A stretch of DNA of 44,537 nt, from contig JALFBO010000029.1 of assembly GCA_022772105.1 (NCBI GenBank), positions 1 through 44,537 of the forward strand. Reading direction: 5' to 3'. Under the pieces are notes generated by a model. That model did not search any database and was not told the origin of the DNA. It saw only the letters and a program-made list of their open reading frames with translations. Position numbers and translations under genes: made by a program. Below, piece after piece: positions 8,760-17,664 of the stretch (position 1 is its first letter; each line of letters starts with the position of its first letter). This DNA comes from Erysipelotrichaceae bacterium (GTDB lineage: Bacteria > Bacillota_I > Bacilli_A > RFN20 > CAG-449).

Positions 8760-10055
8760 CTATTCACCTTCGCCTTCTTGTGAAGATTGATCTGTTTCAG
8801 CTATTACTTTTTCTTCTACTACTTGTTCGTCTTCTTTTGCCTCTTTCTTTTTAAAGACGCTTGCAACTTTATTAACTAATTCTTTTGATTTATCAGCAAA
8901 TTTAGTGAAGACGTTTTTCTTTTCGTTTGGTTCTAATTGAACTTGTTCAACCGCATCCATGAATTCTGGAGCATCATATTCTTTATCCTCAGCAATTCTT
9001 ATTTGAGTGTCATAGTTGAATAAGAATACTTTTGCAGGTTTTAATTTAAATTTGACATTTTCAAGTCCTGTTGGATCAAATTCATCAACCGTTGATCTAA
9101 TAGTTGGCTTTAAGCAATTTGGGTGAGTAGAAATGATTGATCTTTCTCTACCCATGACTTCATAATTTTCAAGTTTAAGTGTTAATACACCATTCTTTTG
9201 ATCTGGAATAAATCCTTCTGGACGAATAGCAATATAGACTTTTTGATCTGGAAGTTTGGTATTCATGATCTTTTCTTCGCCGATATATACCCCGCCGTTT
9301 TTAATTTCACCAGTGAATGTATTAATTGGTGGAGTTCCTAAGAATTGAGCGACGAATAAGTTATGTGGATCATCATAGATTTCTTGTGGCTTTCCAACTT
9401 GTTGAACGACACCAAGTTTCATAACTACAAGTATATCAGAAATAGACATTGCTTCTTCTTGGTCGTGAGTAACAAATACAGTTGTAACTCCAGTAGTTTG
9501 TTGAATTCTTCTAATCTCTTCTCTTGTTTGTAAACGAAGACGAGCATCCAAATTAGATAAAGGTTCATCAAGTAAAAGAACATCTGGTTGTTTTGCTAAA
9601 GCACGAGCGATAGCAACACGTTGTTGTTGACCACCTGATAATTCACTTGGTTTACGATCTAGAAGATTTTCAATTTGAACAATTTTTGCTACTTCCTCAG
9701 CACGTTTCATTCTATCTTCTTTAGGCATACCAATGTTTTCAAGTGGAAAGAGAATGTTTTGTAGTACGGTCATATGTGGATACAACGCGTAATTTTGGAA
9801 AACTAATCCAATTCCTCTTTTTTGTGGTTCTAAAGATGTAACATCCTTATCGCCAAAAATGATTTGACCTCTTGTTGGTGAAAGTAAACCGCTCAACATA
9901 AATAAAGTTGTTGATTTACCACAGCCTGAAGGACCAAGAAGTCCAACTAATGTACCTGATGCAATATCAATGGTAACATTATTAACCGCGACTACTTTTG
10001 AATTTGTTTTTTTGTTATCAAATTCTTTAGTAAGTCCTTTCAAAACAATTTCCAT
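8760..10055 (-). CDS. ABC transporter ATP-binding protein (MalK/UgpC/MsmX-like) with acidic C-terminal tail
   Basis: Walker A is GPSGCGKST, the signature is LSGGQQQRVAIARAL, Walker B is LLLDEPLSNLD, and the H-loop is VTHDQ. A regulatory TOBE-like C-domain is followed by a Glu/Lys-rich extension. Confidence 0.95.
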   Translation of the reverse strand: MEIVLKGLTKEFDNKKTNSKVVAVNNVTIDIASGTLVGLLGPSGCGKSTTLFMLSGLLSPTRGQIIFGDKDVTSLEPQKRGIGLVFQNYALYPHMTVLQNILFPLENIGMPKEDRMKRAEEVAKIVQIENLLDRKPSELSGGQQQRVAIARALAKQPDVLLLDEPLSNLDARLRLQTREEIRRIQQTTGVTTVFVTHDQEEAMSISDILVVMKLGVVQQVGKPQEIYDDPHNLFVAQFLGTPPINTFTGEIKNGGVYIGEEKIMNTKLPDQKVYIAIRPEGFIPDQKNGVLTLKLENYEVMGRERSIISTHPNCLKPTIRSTVDEFDPTGLENVKFKLKPAKVFLFNYDTQIRIAEDKEYDAPEFMDAVEQVQLEPNEKKNVFTKFADKSKELVNKVASVFKKKEAKEDEQVVEEKVIAETDQSSQEGEGE

Positions 10056-10100
10056 TATTTTCCTCCCTAATTGTTATGATTAATTTTTATTCCCTTAATT

Positions 10101-10169
10101 TCAAGCAAGCAAAAAAGACGCAATCATTGCATCACTGAATATGGAATTTAAACTGCGAACTAATTGCAT
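10101..10169 (-). CDS. Candidate 22-codon leader/small ORF (MQLVRSLNSIFSDAMIASFLLA)
   Basis: The ATG at 10167-10169 lies 6 nt after the SD AAGGGAGA (10175-10182). The ORF reads through the terminator hairpin and T-tract and stops at a TGA (10101-10103). Confidence 0.3.
   Translation of the reverse strand: MQLVRSLNSIFSDAMIASFLLA
10111..10133 (-). terminator. Intrinsic terminator about 55 nt upstream of the ABC ATPase start (attenuator, or end of the RDD operon)
   Basis: The minus strand reads GATGCAA-TGA-TTGCGTC (7 bp including one G-U) followed by TTTTTT. Confidence 0.55.
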
Positions 10170-10211
10170 ATATTTCTCCCTTACCTATTGAACAATCAAT
10201 TGGGTAATATA

Positions 10212-10240
10212 ATTATAACTTTTGAAACGGCTTTTGTAAA
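10212..10240 (-). promoter_or_regulatory. Putative sigma-A promoter upstream of the sORF/ABC operon leader
   Basis: The minus strand reads TTTACA (10235-10240), a 17-nt spacer, then TATAAT (10212-10217). Confidence 0.45.
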
Positions 10241-10312
10241 GATAGAATGTCTAGACGTATTTATATAATAAATACCCTTATCATTTTTTACATATTTTTT
10301 ACAATTAAACCC

Positions 10313-11224
10313 CTATTTCGCGGATTTTGTGTATGTATCATTTTGATAATATGGCTTATTTTTTTCTTTTATATATTCTTCTAGTTCTTCTTTTGTTTTA
10401 AAAGTAAGAGTTCCCTTATCATCAATAGTATAGGAAAGAGCAAAATAATCATGCAAAGCAATTTTCTTTTGCGAGAAAACTACCATACCGATAGTAATAA
10501 ATAAAGGTATAAACATTAAAATCATTGATAACCCTAATTCAACTAGTAGCAAACTAGCTTGGCGTATCGCTAATTGTCTTTTGCTACATTGAATATTTTC
10601 TTTTGAGTCGAGAACACTTATACCTAAACAAAGTTTACCGATAGTTTTTCCACTAGGTAAAAGCCAAACTGGTACACAAAATAAAGCTACAAAACATGAT
10701 AAAAACAAGGAAATGAAGAATTCCAAATAATTATATAAATTTATCTTTTTTGCATAGCTATTTAATTCTTTATCTTGTTTAGCATATGTCACTGCTTTTT
10801 CGTATTGTGTTTCATAGAATGAATCTAACGATGCTTTTAATACATCGTTTCTTTCGTATATAACACCATCTTTTTCTACAAATAAAGAAGAATCGAGACG
10901 GCTTTTATCATATTCTTTACCCTTTTCAAATTCACCTTTTTCCTCTAAATAGGTATGATAAAAATAATTTAAATTAGTCGCATAGTCTTCTTTATCAATC
11001 AATTGATATGTAGTTCCATCAACAATAAATAAATGAGTTTTTGCTAATTTTTGATTATATTTTTCACTCACTTCATTATAGTCGGTAAAATTAAATACTA
11101 GTGGATCTAAAACAATTTTATAAAGTCCAACAATCAAAAACAATACAACGATGATATCAATCAAGCTTGCACAAATACGCTTAAAAACGTTAACATTTCT
11201 ATATAAATTTTCAGTTTGTTCCAT
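10313..11224 (-). CDS. RDD-family membrane protein, paralog 3
   Basis: The N-terminal RDD-type TM is KRICASLIDIIVVLFL. An extracytoplasmic insert of about 130 aa follows, then TMs carrying GKTIGKLCLGISVLD and ALHDYFA. The gene overlaps the upstream paralog by 14 nt. Confidence 0.85.
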   Translation of the reverse strand: MEQTENLYRNVNVFKRICASLIDIIVVLFLIVGLYKIVLDPLVFNFTDYNEVSEKYNQKLAKTHLFIVDGTTYQLIDKEDYATNLNYFYHTYLEEKGEFEKGKEYDKSRLDSSLFVEKDGVIYERNDVLKASLDSFYETQYEKAVTYAKQDKELNSYAKKINLYNYLEFFISLFLSCFVALFCVPVWLLPSGKTIGKLCLGISVLDSKENIQCSKRQLAIRQASLLLVELGLSMILMFIPLFITIGMVVFSQKKIALHDYFALSYTIDDKGTLTFKTKEELEEYIKEKNKPYYQNDTYTKSAK

Positions 11225-12059
11225 CGTTTTTACTTCCTTTTATTAATTGTTGCTTCTTACTTTCATCAATTTGACCACTAGATTTAGAAACCACTAAACT
11301 TTGTACTAAAAAATCGTGGATTGTGAATCCTTTTTTTGTAAAAATACATACTACTAATGATACCATTGCTAAAATACCAACAGATAAGAATTCCACAAAT
11401 AAAACAAGCGTTCTTAAAGTGAAAAATCCTTCTTTTATATTCTCTTGTGTAGCAATATTTATGATCTCGATACGCATGATCTTTTTTCCTATAGTTTGTC
11501 CTTTTTTTAGTATTAAAGGAATAAAATAAAGATATAAAATACAAGGAACAACTATCGAACTAGTCAAAGAAGAATTAATATATGCACTTGTTTCATTTCT
11601 TAATTTCTTATATTCAGGATCATTACATAGAACATCATAATATGCACTTTTTAATTCATCCACTAAAAATTTTTTATATTTTTCTATATCATAGTCATTA
11701 ATTAATTTATATTCATCATCTTCAAGATAAAATAAAACTCCTATTTCTTCAGCTTTATGTTCTTTATATGTCGAATCATTTCCTTCGTACCAGATATAGA
11801 AATCTGAAATTGCTTTATCTTGGTTTTCAGGACTACCACTTACAAAGTCGATTGATCCATCTTCTTTTTGTGCGAACAAATGGCTTTGTAGTCCGATTTC
11901 AATTTGTTTTTGATATGCTTCTTTGTAAGAAGAGGAATTCATAATCGTTAAATCAAAAATTGTTACCATTAATAAAAACGTTAATCCTATACATAGAGCA
12001 TCGATTAAAAAAGCACATACTCTTTTAAAGAATATCTCTTTTCCATATTTGTATTCCAT
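11211..12059 (-). CDS. RDD-family membrane protein, paralog 2
   Basis: KRVCAFLIDALCIGLTFLL, GQTIGKKIMRIEIIN and TIHDFLV show the same architecture as its neighbours. Confidence 0.85.
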   Translation of the reverse strand: MEYKYGKEIFFKRVCAFLIDALCIGLTFLLMVTIFDLTIMNSSSYKEAYQKQIEIGLQSHLFAQKEDGSIDFVSGSPENQDKAISDFYIWYEGNDSTYKEHKAEEIGVLFYLEDDEYKLINDYDIEKYKKFLVDELKSAYYDVLCNDPEYKKLRNETSAYINSSLTSSIVVPCILYLYFIPLILKKGQTIGKKIMRIEIINIATQENIKEGFFTLRTLVLFVEFLSVGILAMVSLVVCIFTKKGFTIHDFLVQSLVVSKSSGQIDESKKQQLIKGSKNDGTN

Positions 12060-12093
12060 CTATTTAATCCTTTCAAAAATAGTAGCAAAAAAT

Positions 12094-12978
12094 CTATTTT
12101 CCTTCATTATTTTCGCTATTTTCTATAATTTCATCTTGTGAAGAATATTCAATTTCTAAACGATCAGATTTAGAAGCATCGTATTTAATTGAGGAATCGA
12201 CAATTATAGTCTTTGATAATAAATCAGAAAGTGAAGATCTGTTTGAAGAAAATAACATCATCAAAAACGAAATGATAAGAGGAATAAACATCGCTATAAG
12301 AGAACCAATTATTTCCACAAAAGCAAATACGCTAAAACGAATAAGAATTTGAATTTTATTTGGTTCAGGTTGCTTTTCTTTAGAAATTGCTTTTAAAGAG
12401 AAGATGCGCATACCTAAAGTTTCCCCATATTTTCCAAGCATTGATGGAAGCAAAATAACTAATAAAGAAGATGGTATAATACTTATTAACGCAATTATTA
12501 AATTATAATTATTGATTTTATTTATCAATGTTTTTACTTCAGGTAAGGATGATAAAACGTTAGTAATAGTATCATTAGTAACTTGAGCATACCATGAATC
12601 TAACTCTTCTTTGGCTCCTATTTCAATGTATTTTCCGTTTACTTCATCGTAAGAAAATAATGTTGTTTGCATTTCTTTTAATTTTTCATAATTAGCGATA
12701 TCATCATAATTTGAGTAGAAGTAAGATAAATGTTCATCGTATGATGAAGTGATAACTTTAATCATATTTGTTTCTTCATCTTTCTCGTACAAAGAAGAAT
12801 CCACTAAATAGTTCATATATTCTTCGTTTACTTTATCATAATCAGTAGCGGACGAGAATATAGGTCCAACCACAAAAGCAAAAGCTATAAAAAATGTTAA
12901 TAATAGGATAAAAATATCAATAACTGCAGCCAAACTTCTTTTTAGAATACCTGCTTTTCTAAACTCAACTTTTCTCAT
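12094..12978 (-). CDS. RDD-family membrane protein, paralog 1
   Basis: KRSLAAVIDIFILLLTF, GETLGMRIFSLKAIS and SLSDLLS are present. The SD is GAAGGAG. Confidence 0.85.
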   Translation of the reverse strand: MRKVEFRKAGILKRSLAAVIDIFILLLTFFIAFAFVVGPIFSSATDYDKVNEEYMNYLVDSSLYEKDEETNMIKVITSSYDEHLSYFYSNYDDIANYEKLKEMQTTLFSYDEVNGKYIEIGAKEELDSWYAQVTNDTITNVLSSLPEVKTLINKINNYNLIIALISIIPSSLLVILLPSMLGKYGETLGMRIFSLKAISKEKQPEPNKIQILIRFSVFAFVEIIGSLIAMFIPLIISFLMMLFSSNRSSLSDLLSKTIIVDSSIKYDASKSDRLEIEYSSQDEIIENSENNEGK

Positions 12979-13004
12979 ATATCTACTCCTTCTAATATGA
13001 TTTG

Positions 13005-13033
13005 ATTATAAGATAAATAAAGCAATTATTCAA
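13005..13033 (-). promoter_or_regulatory. Putative sigma-A promoter of the RDD operon
   Basis: The minus strand reads TTGAAT (13028-13033), a 17-nt spacer, then TATAAT (13005-13010). It lies immediately after the tuf terminator. Confidence 0.5.
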
Positions 13034-13036
13034 TGC

Positions 13037-13066
13037 AAAAAAAGACCAATGCAAATGCATTGATCT
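13037..13066 (-). terminator. Rho-independent terminator of tuf / str operon
   Basis: The minus strand reads AGATCAATGCA-TT-TGCATTGGTCT (11-bp stem, one G-U) followed by TTTTTTT. Confidence 0.75.
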
Positions 13067-13089
13067 TTGATTTTAAATAAGTTAGTAAA

Positions 13090-14274
13090 CTATTTAATGA
13101 TTTCTGTAACGTTACCAGCACCAACTGTACGGCCACCTTCACGAATTGAGAATTTTGTTCCTTTTTCAATTGCAACTGGGTGGATTAATTCAACTGTTAA
13201 GTTAACGTTATCACCTGGCATAACCATTTCAACACCTTCTGGAAGTGTGATAACACCAGTAATATCAGTTGTACGGAAGTAGAATTGTGGTCTGTAGTTT
13301 GTTAAGAAAGCTGTATGACGGCCACCTTCTTCTTTTGTTAATACGTAAACTGAAGCTGTGAATTTTGTGTGTGGAGTAACTGTTCCTGGTTTTGCTAATA
13401 CTTGACCACGAACTACTTCGTCACGGTTTACACCTCTTAATAAGATACCAGCGTTGTCGCCAGCTTCTGCGAAATCAAGAGTTTTTCTGAACATTTCGAT
13501 ACCAGTAACAACTGATTTCTTTGTGTCTTTAATACCAACGATTTCAACTTCGTCGCCCATTTTTAATGTACCACGTTCAACTCTACCAGTAACAACAGTA
13601 CCACGACCTGTAATTGTTAAAACGTCTTCAATTGCAAGTAAGAATGGTTTATCTGTCTCTCTAGTTGGAGCTGGGATGTATGTATCACATGCATCCATTA
13701 ATTCCATGATAGCTTCTTGAGCTTTTGGATCACCATCTAATGCTAATCTAGCTGAGCCACGGATGATTGGTGTTTCATCTCCTGGGAAACCATATGATGA
13801 TAATACATCACGAACGTCCATTTCAACTAAATCGATTAATTCTGGATCGTCAACTAAGTCAATTTTGTTTAAGAATACAACGATGTATGGAACACCAACT
13901 TGTCTAGCAAGTAAGATGTGTTCTCTTGTTTGTGGCATAACGCCATCTGTTGCAGCAACAACAAGGATTGCACCATCCATTTGAGCAGCACCAGTAATCA
14001 TGTTTTTAACATAGTCAGCGTGGCCTGGGCAGTCAACGTGAGCATAGTGTCTTGTTGCTGTTTGGTATTCAATGTGAGCTGTGTTAATTGTGATACCACG
14101 TGCTTTTTCTTCTGGAGCAGCATCGATTTGATCATATGCTTTCTTTTCTGATAAGCCTTTAGCAGCTAATACTGTTGTGATAGCAGCTGTTAATGTTGTT
14201 TTTCCGTGGTCAACGTGACCGATAGTACCAATATTAACGTGAGTTTTGCTTCTATCGAATTTTTCTTTTGCCAT
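13090..14274 (-). CDS. tuf: Elongation factor Tu
   Basis: This is an unmistakable full-length EF-Tu ([21 protein letters not shown]/NKxD, C-terminal ..GGRTVGAG.V). Confidence 0.99.
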   Translation of the reverse strand: MAKEKFDRSKTHVNIGTIGHVDHGKTTLTAAITTVLAAKGLSEKKAYDQIDAAPEEKARGITINTAHIEYQTATRHYAHVDCPGHADYVKNMITGAAQMDGAILVVAATDGVMPQTREHILLARQVGVPYIVVFLNKIDLVDDPELIDLVEMDVRDVLSSYGFPGDETPIIRGSARLALDGDPKAQEAIMELMDACDTYIPAPTRETDKPFLLAIEDVLTITGRGTVVTGRVERGTLKMGDEVEIVGIKDTKKSVVTGIEMFRKTLDFAEAGDNAGILLRGVNRDEVVRGQVLAKPGTVTPHTKFTASVYVLTKEEGGRHTAFLTNYRPQFYFRTTDITGVITLPEGVEMVMPGDNVNLTVELIHPVAIEKGTKFSIREGGRTVGAGNVTEIIK

Positions 14275-14320
14275 TTTGTGAATTCCTCCTAATAATTATT
14301 TTGAATTTCAACGTATTCAT

Positions 14321-14350
14321 AATATAGCATTTTTTATTTAAAATCAACAA
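14321..14350 (-). promoter_or_regulatory. Possible internal tuf promoter (extended -10)
   Basis: The minus strand reads TTGTTG/TGTTGA, a spacer of about 17-18 nt, then TGcTATATT in the fusA-tuf spacer. Confidence 0.35.
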
Positions 14351-14390
14351 TCAAAAGACTATTGTTTTTAATTCATAAGAAATAATTTTT

Positions 14391-16460
14391 TTATTTTGCT
14401 GATTTCTTAATAATTTCATCAGCAACGAATCTTGGACATTCTTCATAATGATCCATTTCCATTGTGTAGTTTGCACGACCCTTAGTCATAGAACGTAAGT
14501 CTGTAACGTAACCAAACATTGTAGCAAGTGGAACCATTGCATCAAGAATTGTCGCATTACCTCTTTCAGATTGGCCTGTAATTTCGCCTCTTCTTTGAGA
14601 GATATCACCCATAACATCACCTAAGTATTCAGATGGAGTTGTAACTTCAACTTTCATAATAGGTTCTAGGATAACTGGGCTACATTTCTTTGCAGCTTCT
14701 TTTAATGCTAATGAAGCAGCAACTTTATAAGCAGCTTCTGATGAGTCAACATCATGGTAAGAACCATCAAATAATGTTGCTTTGATATCGATGATTGGGA
14801 AGCCTGCTTGTAGACCTCTGTCTAAGTTTTCTTTTAAACCTTCCATTGTTGGTTTGATATATTCTTTTGGAACTGCACCACCAACGATAGCGTCTACGAA
14901 TTCAAATCCTTTACCTGGGTTTGGTTCAAATTTGATCCAAACGTGACCATATTGACCATGACCACCAGATTGTTTAACGTATCTACCTTCACAATCAGCT
15001 GCCTTACGGATTGTTTCTCTATAAGCAACTTGTGGAGCACCAACGTTAACTTCAACCTTGAATTCATCTCTTAATCTTGTAACCATAACATCTAAGTGTA
15101 ATTCACCAACACCAGAGATAATATTTTGGCCAGTTTCTTTATTTGTTGTAAATTTAAATGTTGGGTCTTCTTCAGCTAACTTAAGTAAACCGATTGTCAT
15201 CTTTTCTTGGTCAGCTTTTGTTTTTGGTTCAATAGCTTCAGAAATAACTGGATCTGAGAAGCTAATTGATTCAAGAAGTAATTCATTGTTTTCGTCACAA
15301 AGTGTATCACCTGTAGTTGTTGATTTTAGACCAACAGCAGCACCGATATCACCTGCGTAAACTTCTTCAACTTCTTCTCTCTTATTTGAGTTCATGATAA
15401 CTAAACGAGAGAATCTTTCTTTTACGCCTTTTGTTGAGTTGTAAACATATGATCCAGATTTTGCTGTGCCTGAGTAAACACGGATAAATGCTAATTTACC
15501 AATGAATGGGTCAGTCATAATCTTGAATGCTAATGCTGCAAGAGGAGCATCATCTTTAGGTTCACAAACTACTTCTTCACCAACATCGTTATGTCCTACT
15601 GTATGAGGAATATCAACTGGTGAAGGTAAGTATTCACAAATTGCATCAAGTAAAGGTTGAATACCTTTGTTCTTATAAGCAGATCCACAAAGGACTGGGA
15701 AGAATGTTGCTGTTAAAACCGCTTTACGAATAACATTCTTGATTTCTTCAACAGTTGGTTCTTCACCTTCTAATACTTTCATCATGAAATCATCATCGTA
15801 AGCTGCAAGTTTTTCTAATAATTCAAATCTTAATTCTTCACATCTGTCTTTGTATTCTTCTGGAACTGGAACTTCTTCAGGGTGTTCACCTTTAACATCT
15901 GAATAGACATATGCTTTTCTTTCGATTAAATCGATAACACCTTTTAATTGTGATTCAAGACCAATTGGATATTGAATAGGAGCAGCGTTAGCGCCTAATT
16001 TTTGTCCGATTGATTTGAAAGACATTTCAAAATCAGCACCGATAGCGTCTAATTTATTAACGAATACAATACGAGGGACATTATATTTTGTACCTTGTCT
16101 CCAAACAGTTTCTGTTTGTGGTTCAACACCATTCTTTCCATCAAGAACAGTAACAGCACCATCTAAAACACGAAGTGAACGTTCAACTTCAGCAGTGAAA
16201 TCGACGTGGCCTGGAGTATCGATTAAGTTAATTCTATGACCTTTCCAGAAACAAGTTGTAGCAGCAGAAGTAATTGTAATACCTCTATCTTGTTCTTGTT
16301 TCATCCAGTCCATTGTTGCAGAACCATCGTGAGTTTCACCGATCTTGTGAACCTTACCTGTATAGAATAAGATTCTTTCTGAAACGGTTGTTTTACCAGC
16401 ATCAATGTGAGCCATGATACCGATATTACGTGTCATATTAATATCTGTTGTACGAGCCAT
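14391..16460 (-). CDS. fusA: Elongation factor G
   Basis: This is a full-length EF-G ([27 protein letters not shown], and domain IV/V blocks). Confidence 0.99.
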   Translation of the reverse strand: MARTTDINMTRNIGIMAHIDAGKTTVSERILFYTGKVHKIGETHDGSATMDWMKQEQDRGITITSAATTCFWKGHRINLIDTPGHVDFTAEVERSLRVLDGAVTVLDGKNGVEPQTETVWRQGTKYNVPRIVFVNKLDAIGADFEMSFKSIGQKLGANAAPIQYPIGLESQLKGVIDLIERKAYVYSDVKGEHPEEVPVPEEYKDRCEELRFELLEKLAAYDDDFMMKVLEGEEPTVEEIKNVIRKAVLTATFFPVLCGSAYKNKGIQPLLDAICEYLPSPVDIPHTVGHNDVGEEVVCEPKDDAPLAALAFKIMTDPFIGKLAFIRVYSGTAKSGSYVYNSTKGVKERFSRLVIMNSNKREEVEEVYAGDIGAAVGLKSTTTGDTLCDENNELLLESISFSDPVISEAIEPKTKADQEKMTIGLLKLAEEDPTFKFTTNKETGQNIISGVGELHLDVMVTRLRDEFKVEVNVGAPQVAYRETIRKAADCEGRYVKQSGGHGQYGHVWIKFEPNPGKGFEFVDAIVGGAVPKEYIKPTMEGLKENLDRGLQAGFPIIDIKATLFDGSYHDVDSSEAAYKVAASLALKEAAKKCSPVILEPIMKVEVTTPSEYLGDVMGDISQRRGEITGQSERGNATILDAMVPLATMFGYVTDLRSMTKGRANYTMEMDHYEECPRFVADEIIKKSAK

Positions 16461-16481
16461 AATTCTCTTGTCCTCCGAATA

Positions 16482-16952
16482 CTACCATCTGTAGTGAGCG
16501 TAAGCTTTGTTAGCTTCAGCCATCTTATGGATATCTTCTCTCTTCTTAACAGAAGCTCCTGTGCCATTAGCAGCATCAATAATTTCAGCAGCTAATTTAT
16601 CTTCCATTGATTTTTCATTTCTTAAACGAGCGTAGTTAACTAACCATCTTAAGCCTAAAGTTACTCTACGTTCTGCACTAACCTCAACTGGAACTTGAAC
16701 GTTAGCAGCACCAACTCTTCTTGTTTTTAATTCTAAAGCTGGCATGATATTACCGATAGCAACTTCAAATACTTCCATAGCTGGTTTACCTGTTTTTGCT
16801 TCGATTTTATTGAATGCGTTATATAAGATAGTTTGAGCTGTTCCTCTTTTACCATCTAACATAATCTTATTGATTAAACGTGTTACTAATTTTGAATTAT
16901 AAATTGGATCTGGTAACACATCGCGTTTTGCGACTATTCCTTTACGTGGCAT
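16482..16952 (-). CDS. rpsG: 30S ribosomal protein S7
   Basis: The sequence MPRKG....PDP.Y.S....RLIN..M..GKR spans 156 aa with the typical C-terminus ..AHYRW. Confidence 0.99.
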   Translation of the reverse strand: MPRKGIVAKRDVLPDPIYNSKLVTRLINKIMLDGKRGTAQTILYNAFNKIEAKTGKPAMEVFEVAIGNIMPALELKTRRVGAANVQVPVEVSAERRVTLGLRWLVNYARLRNEKSMEDKLAAEIIDAANGTGASVKKREDIHKMAEANKAYAHYRW

Positions 16953-17009
16953 TTAAAAATCCTCCTTTCCTAATTTGTATATTTAGATTTTTATTTTTCA
17001 ACGTATTGA

Positions 17010-17429
17010 CTATTTCTTTTCTTTTGGTTTCTTTGTTCCGTATAATGATCTGCCTTGTTTTCTTTCGTTAACACCAGCGCAGTCTAATGTACCACGAACG
17101 ATATGATAACGAACACCAGGTAAATCCTTAACACGTCCACCACGAATTAAAACAGTACTGTGCTCTTGTAAATTGTGACCTTCTCCACCGATATAAGCAG
17201 TAACTTCGAATCCATTTGATAAGCGAACACGAGCATACTTACGTAAAGCTGAGTTAGGTTTCTTAGGTGTCATTGTACCAACACGAGTACATACACCACG
17301 CTTTTGAGCAGCGCTTTGGTTTGTTGTTTTCTTTGCGAGTGAATTCCAGCGTTTATTTAAAGCTGGGGCTTTAGATTTTTCAATTGAATTTGTACGTCCA
17401 TTACGAACTAATTGATTAATTGTAGGCAT
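17010..17429 (-). CDS. rpsL: 30S ribosomal protein S12
   Basis: The protein starts [12 protein letters not shown] at the ATG at 17429, with SD AAAGGAG 8 nt upstream. The 18-codon upstream extension in the ORF track is not homologous to S12. Confidence 0.97.
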   Translation of the reverse strand: MPTINQLVRNGRTNSIEKSKAPALNKRWNSLAKKTTNQSAAQKRGVCTRVGTMTPKKPNSALRKYARVRLSNGFEVTAYIGGEGHNLQEHSTVLIRGGRVKDLPGVRYHIVRGTLDCAGVNERKQGRSLYGTKKPKEKK

Positions 17430-17470
17430 TGAATAAATCTCCTTTCTGATTACTTTTGTAAGCCACAACA

Positions 17471-17482
17471 CCGGGTGTTTCA
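17471..17482. repeat. 12-nt direct repeat copy A (CCGGGTGTTTCA on +; TGAAACACCCGG on -), in the rpsL 5' leader
   Basis: An exact 12-mer is shared with 17621-17632. Confidence 0.8.
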
Positions 17483-17549
17483 TATTCTTTCATAAAAATA
17501 TGATGCTTTTACGCATCAAAACCACGGTGCTTTCGGCACACGCTTTGTC

Positions 17550-17578
17550 ATTGTAATATATAGTTTGTGTGAAATCAA
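17550..17578 (-). promoter_or_regulatory. Putative sigma-A promoter of the str operon
   Basis: The minus strand reads TTGATT (17573-17578), a 17-nt spacer, then TACAAT (17550-17555). It gives a leader of about 115 nt before rpsL. Confidence 0.55.
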
Positions 17579-17620
17579 GCCTTTTAAATAAAAAATTAAA
17601 AAAATTTTTAAAACACATTT

Positions 17621-17632
17621 CCGGGTGTTTCA
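17621..17632. repeat. 12-nt direct repeat copy B, upstream of the str promoter
   Basis: This is an exact copy of 17471-17482. On the minus strand it is part of the hairpin AAACAC-CCGGAAAT-GTGTTT, followed by a T-rich run. Confidence 0.8.
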
Positions 17633-17638
17633 AAAATG

Positions 17639-17662
17639 AAAAAAGACCCTTTTGCAGGTCTT
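17639..17662 (-). terminator. Rho-independent terminator of the CotH-hydrolase operon
   Basis: The minus strand reads AAGACC-TGCAAAAG-GGTCTT followed by TTTT, directly after the TGA stop at 17665-17667. Confidence 0.7.
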
Positions 17663-17664
17663 AA

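Noticed and set aside
10056-10312. A purine/2'-dG-type or other known riboswitch in the ABC operon leader, and likewise upstream of hpt at 41143-41316.
   Set aside because: I could not find the conserved purine-riboswitch junction/loop sequences or any other riboswitch core I know. The hpt leader downstream of its TATAAT is only about 27 nt. Only a covariance-model scan could settle this.
12979-13089. Absence of the S10 ribosomal-protein operon after tuf, considered as a rearrangement signal.
   Set aside because: The tuf context is variable among low-GC bacteria. A clean terminator plus promoter explains the junction, so this is not evidence of recent insertion by itself.
13067-14151. Four plus-strand ORFs (71-88 aa) inside tuf. 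Similar antisense ORFs lie inside udk, fusA, the permeases, both P-type ATPases, hydA, pilD and others.
   Set aside because: They lie entirely antisense to strongly conserved genes. They have no SD, and their Ser/Thr/Ile-rich low-complexity composition is typical of shadow frames in AT-rich DNA.
17430-17483. N-terminal extensions proposed by the longest-ORF track. These affect rpsL to 17483, pilB to 22620, the first pilin to 27318, the nuclease to 3566, P-ATPases to 31021 and 37281, the SpoVIF-like gene to 37690, and the hypothetical genes to 40070 and 1354.
   Set aside because: In each case an internal ATG with a well-spaced SD gives the conserved N-terminus (for example MPTINQL for S12). 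The extension has no SD or uses a GTG/TTG inside the SD.
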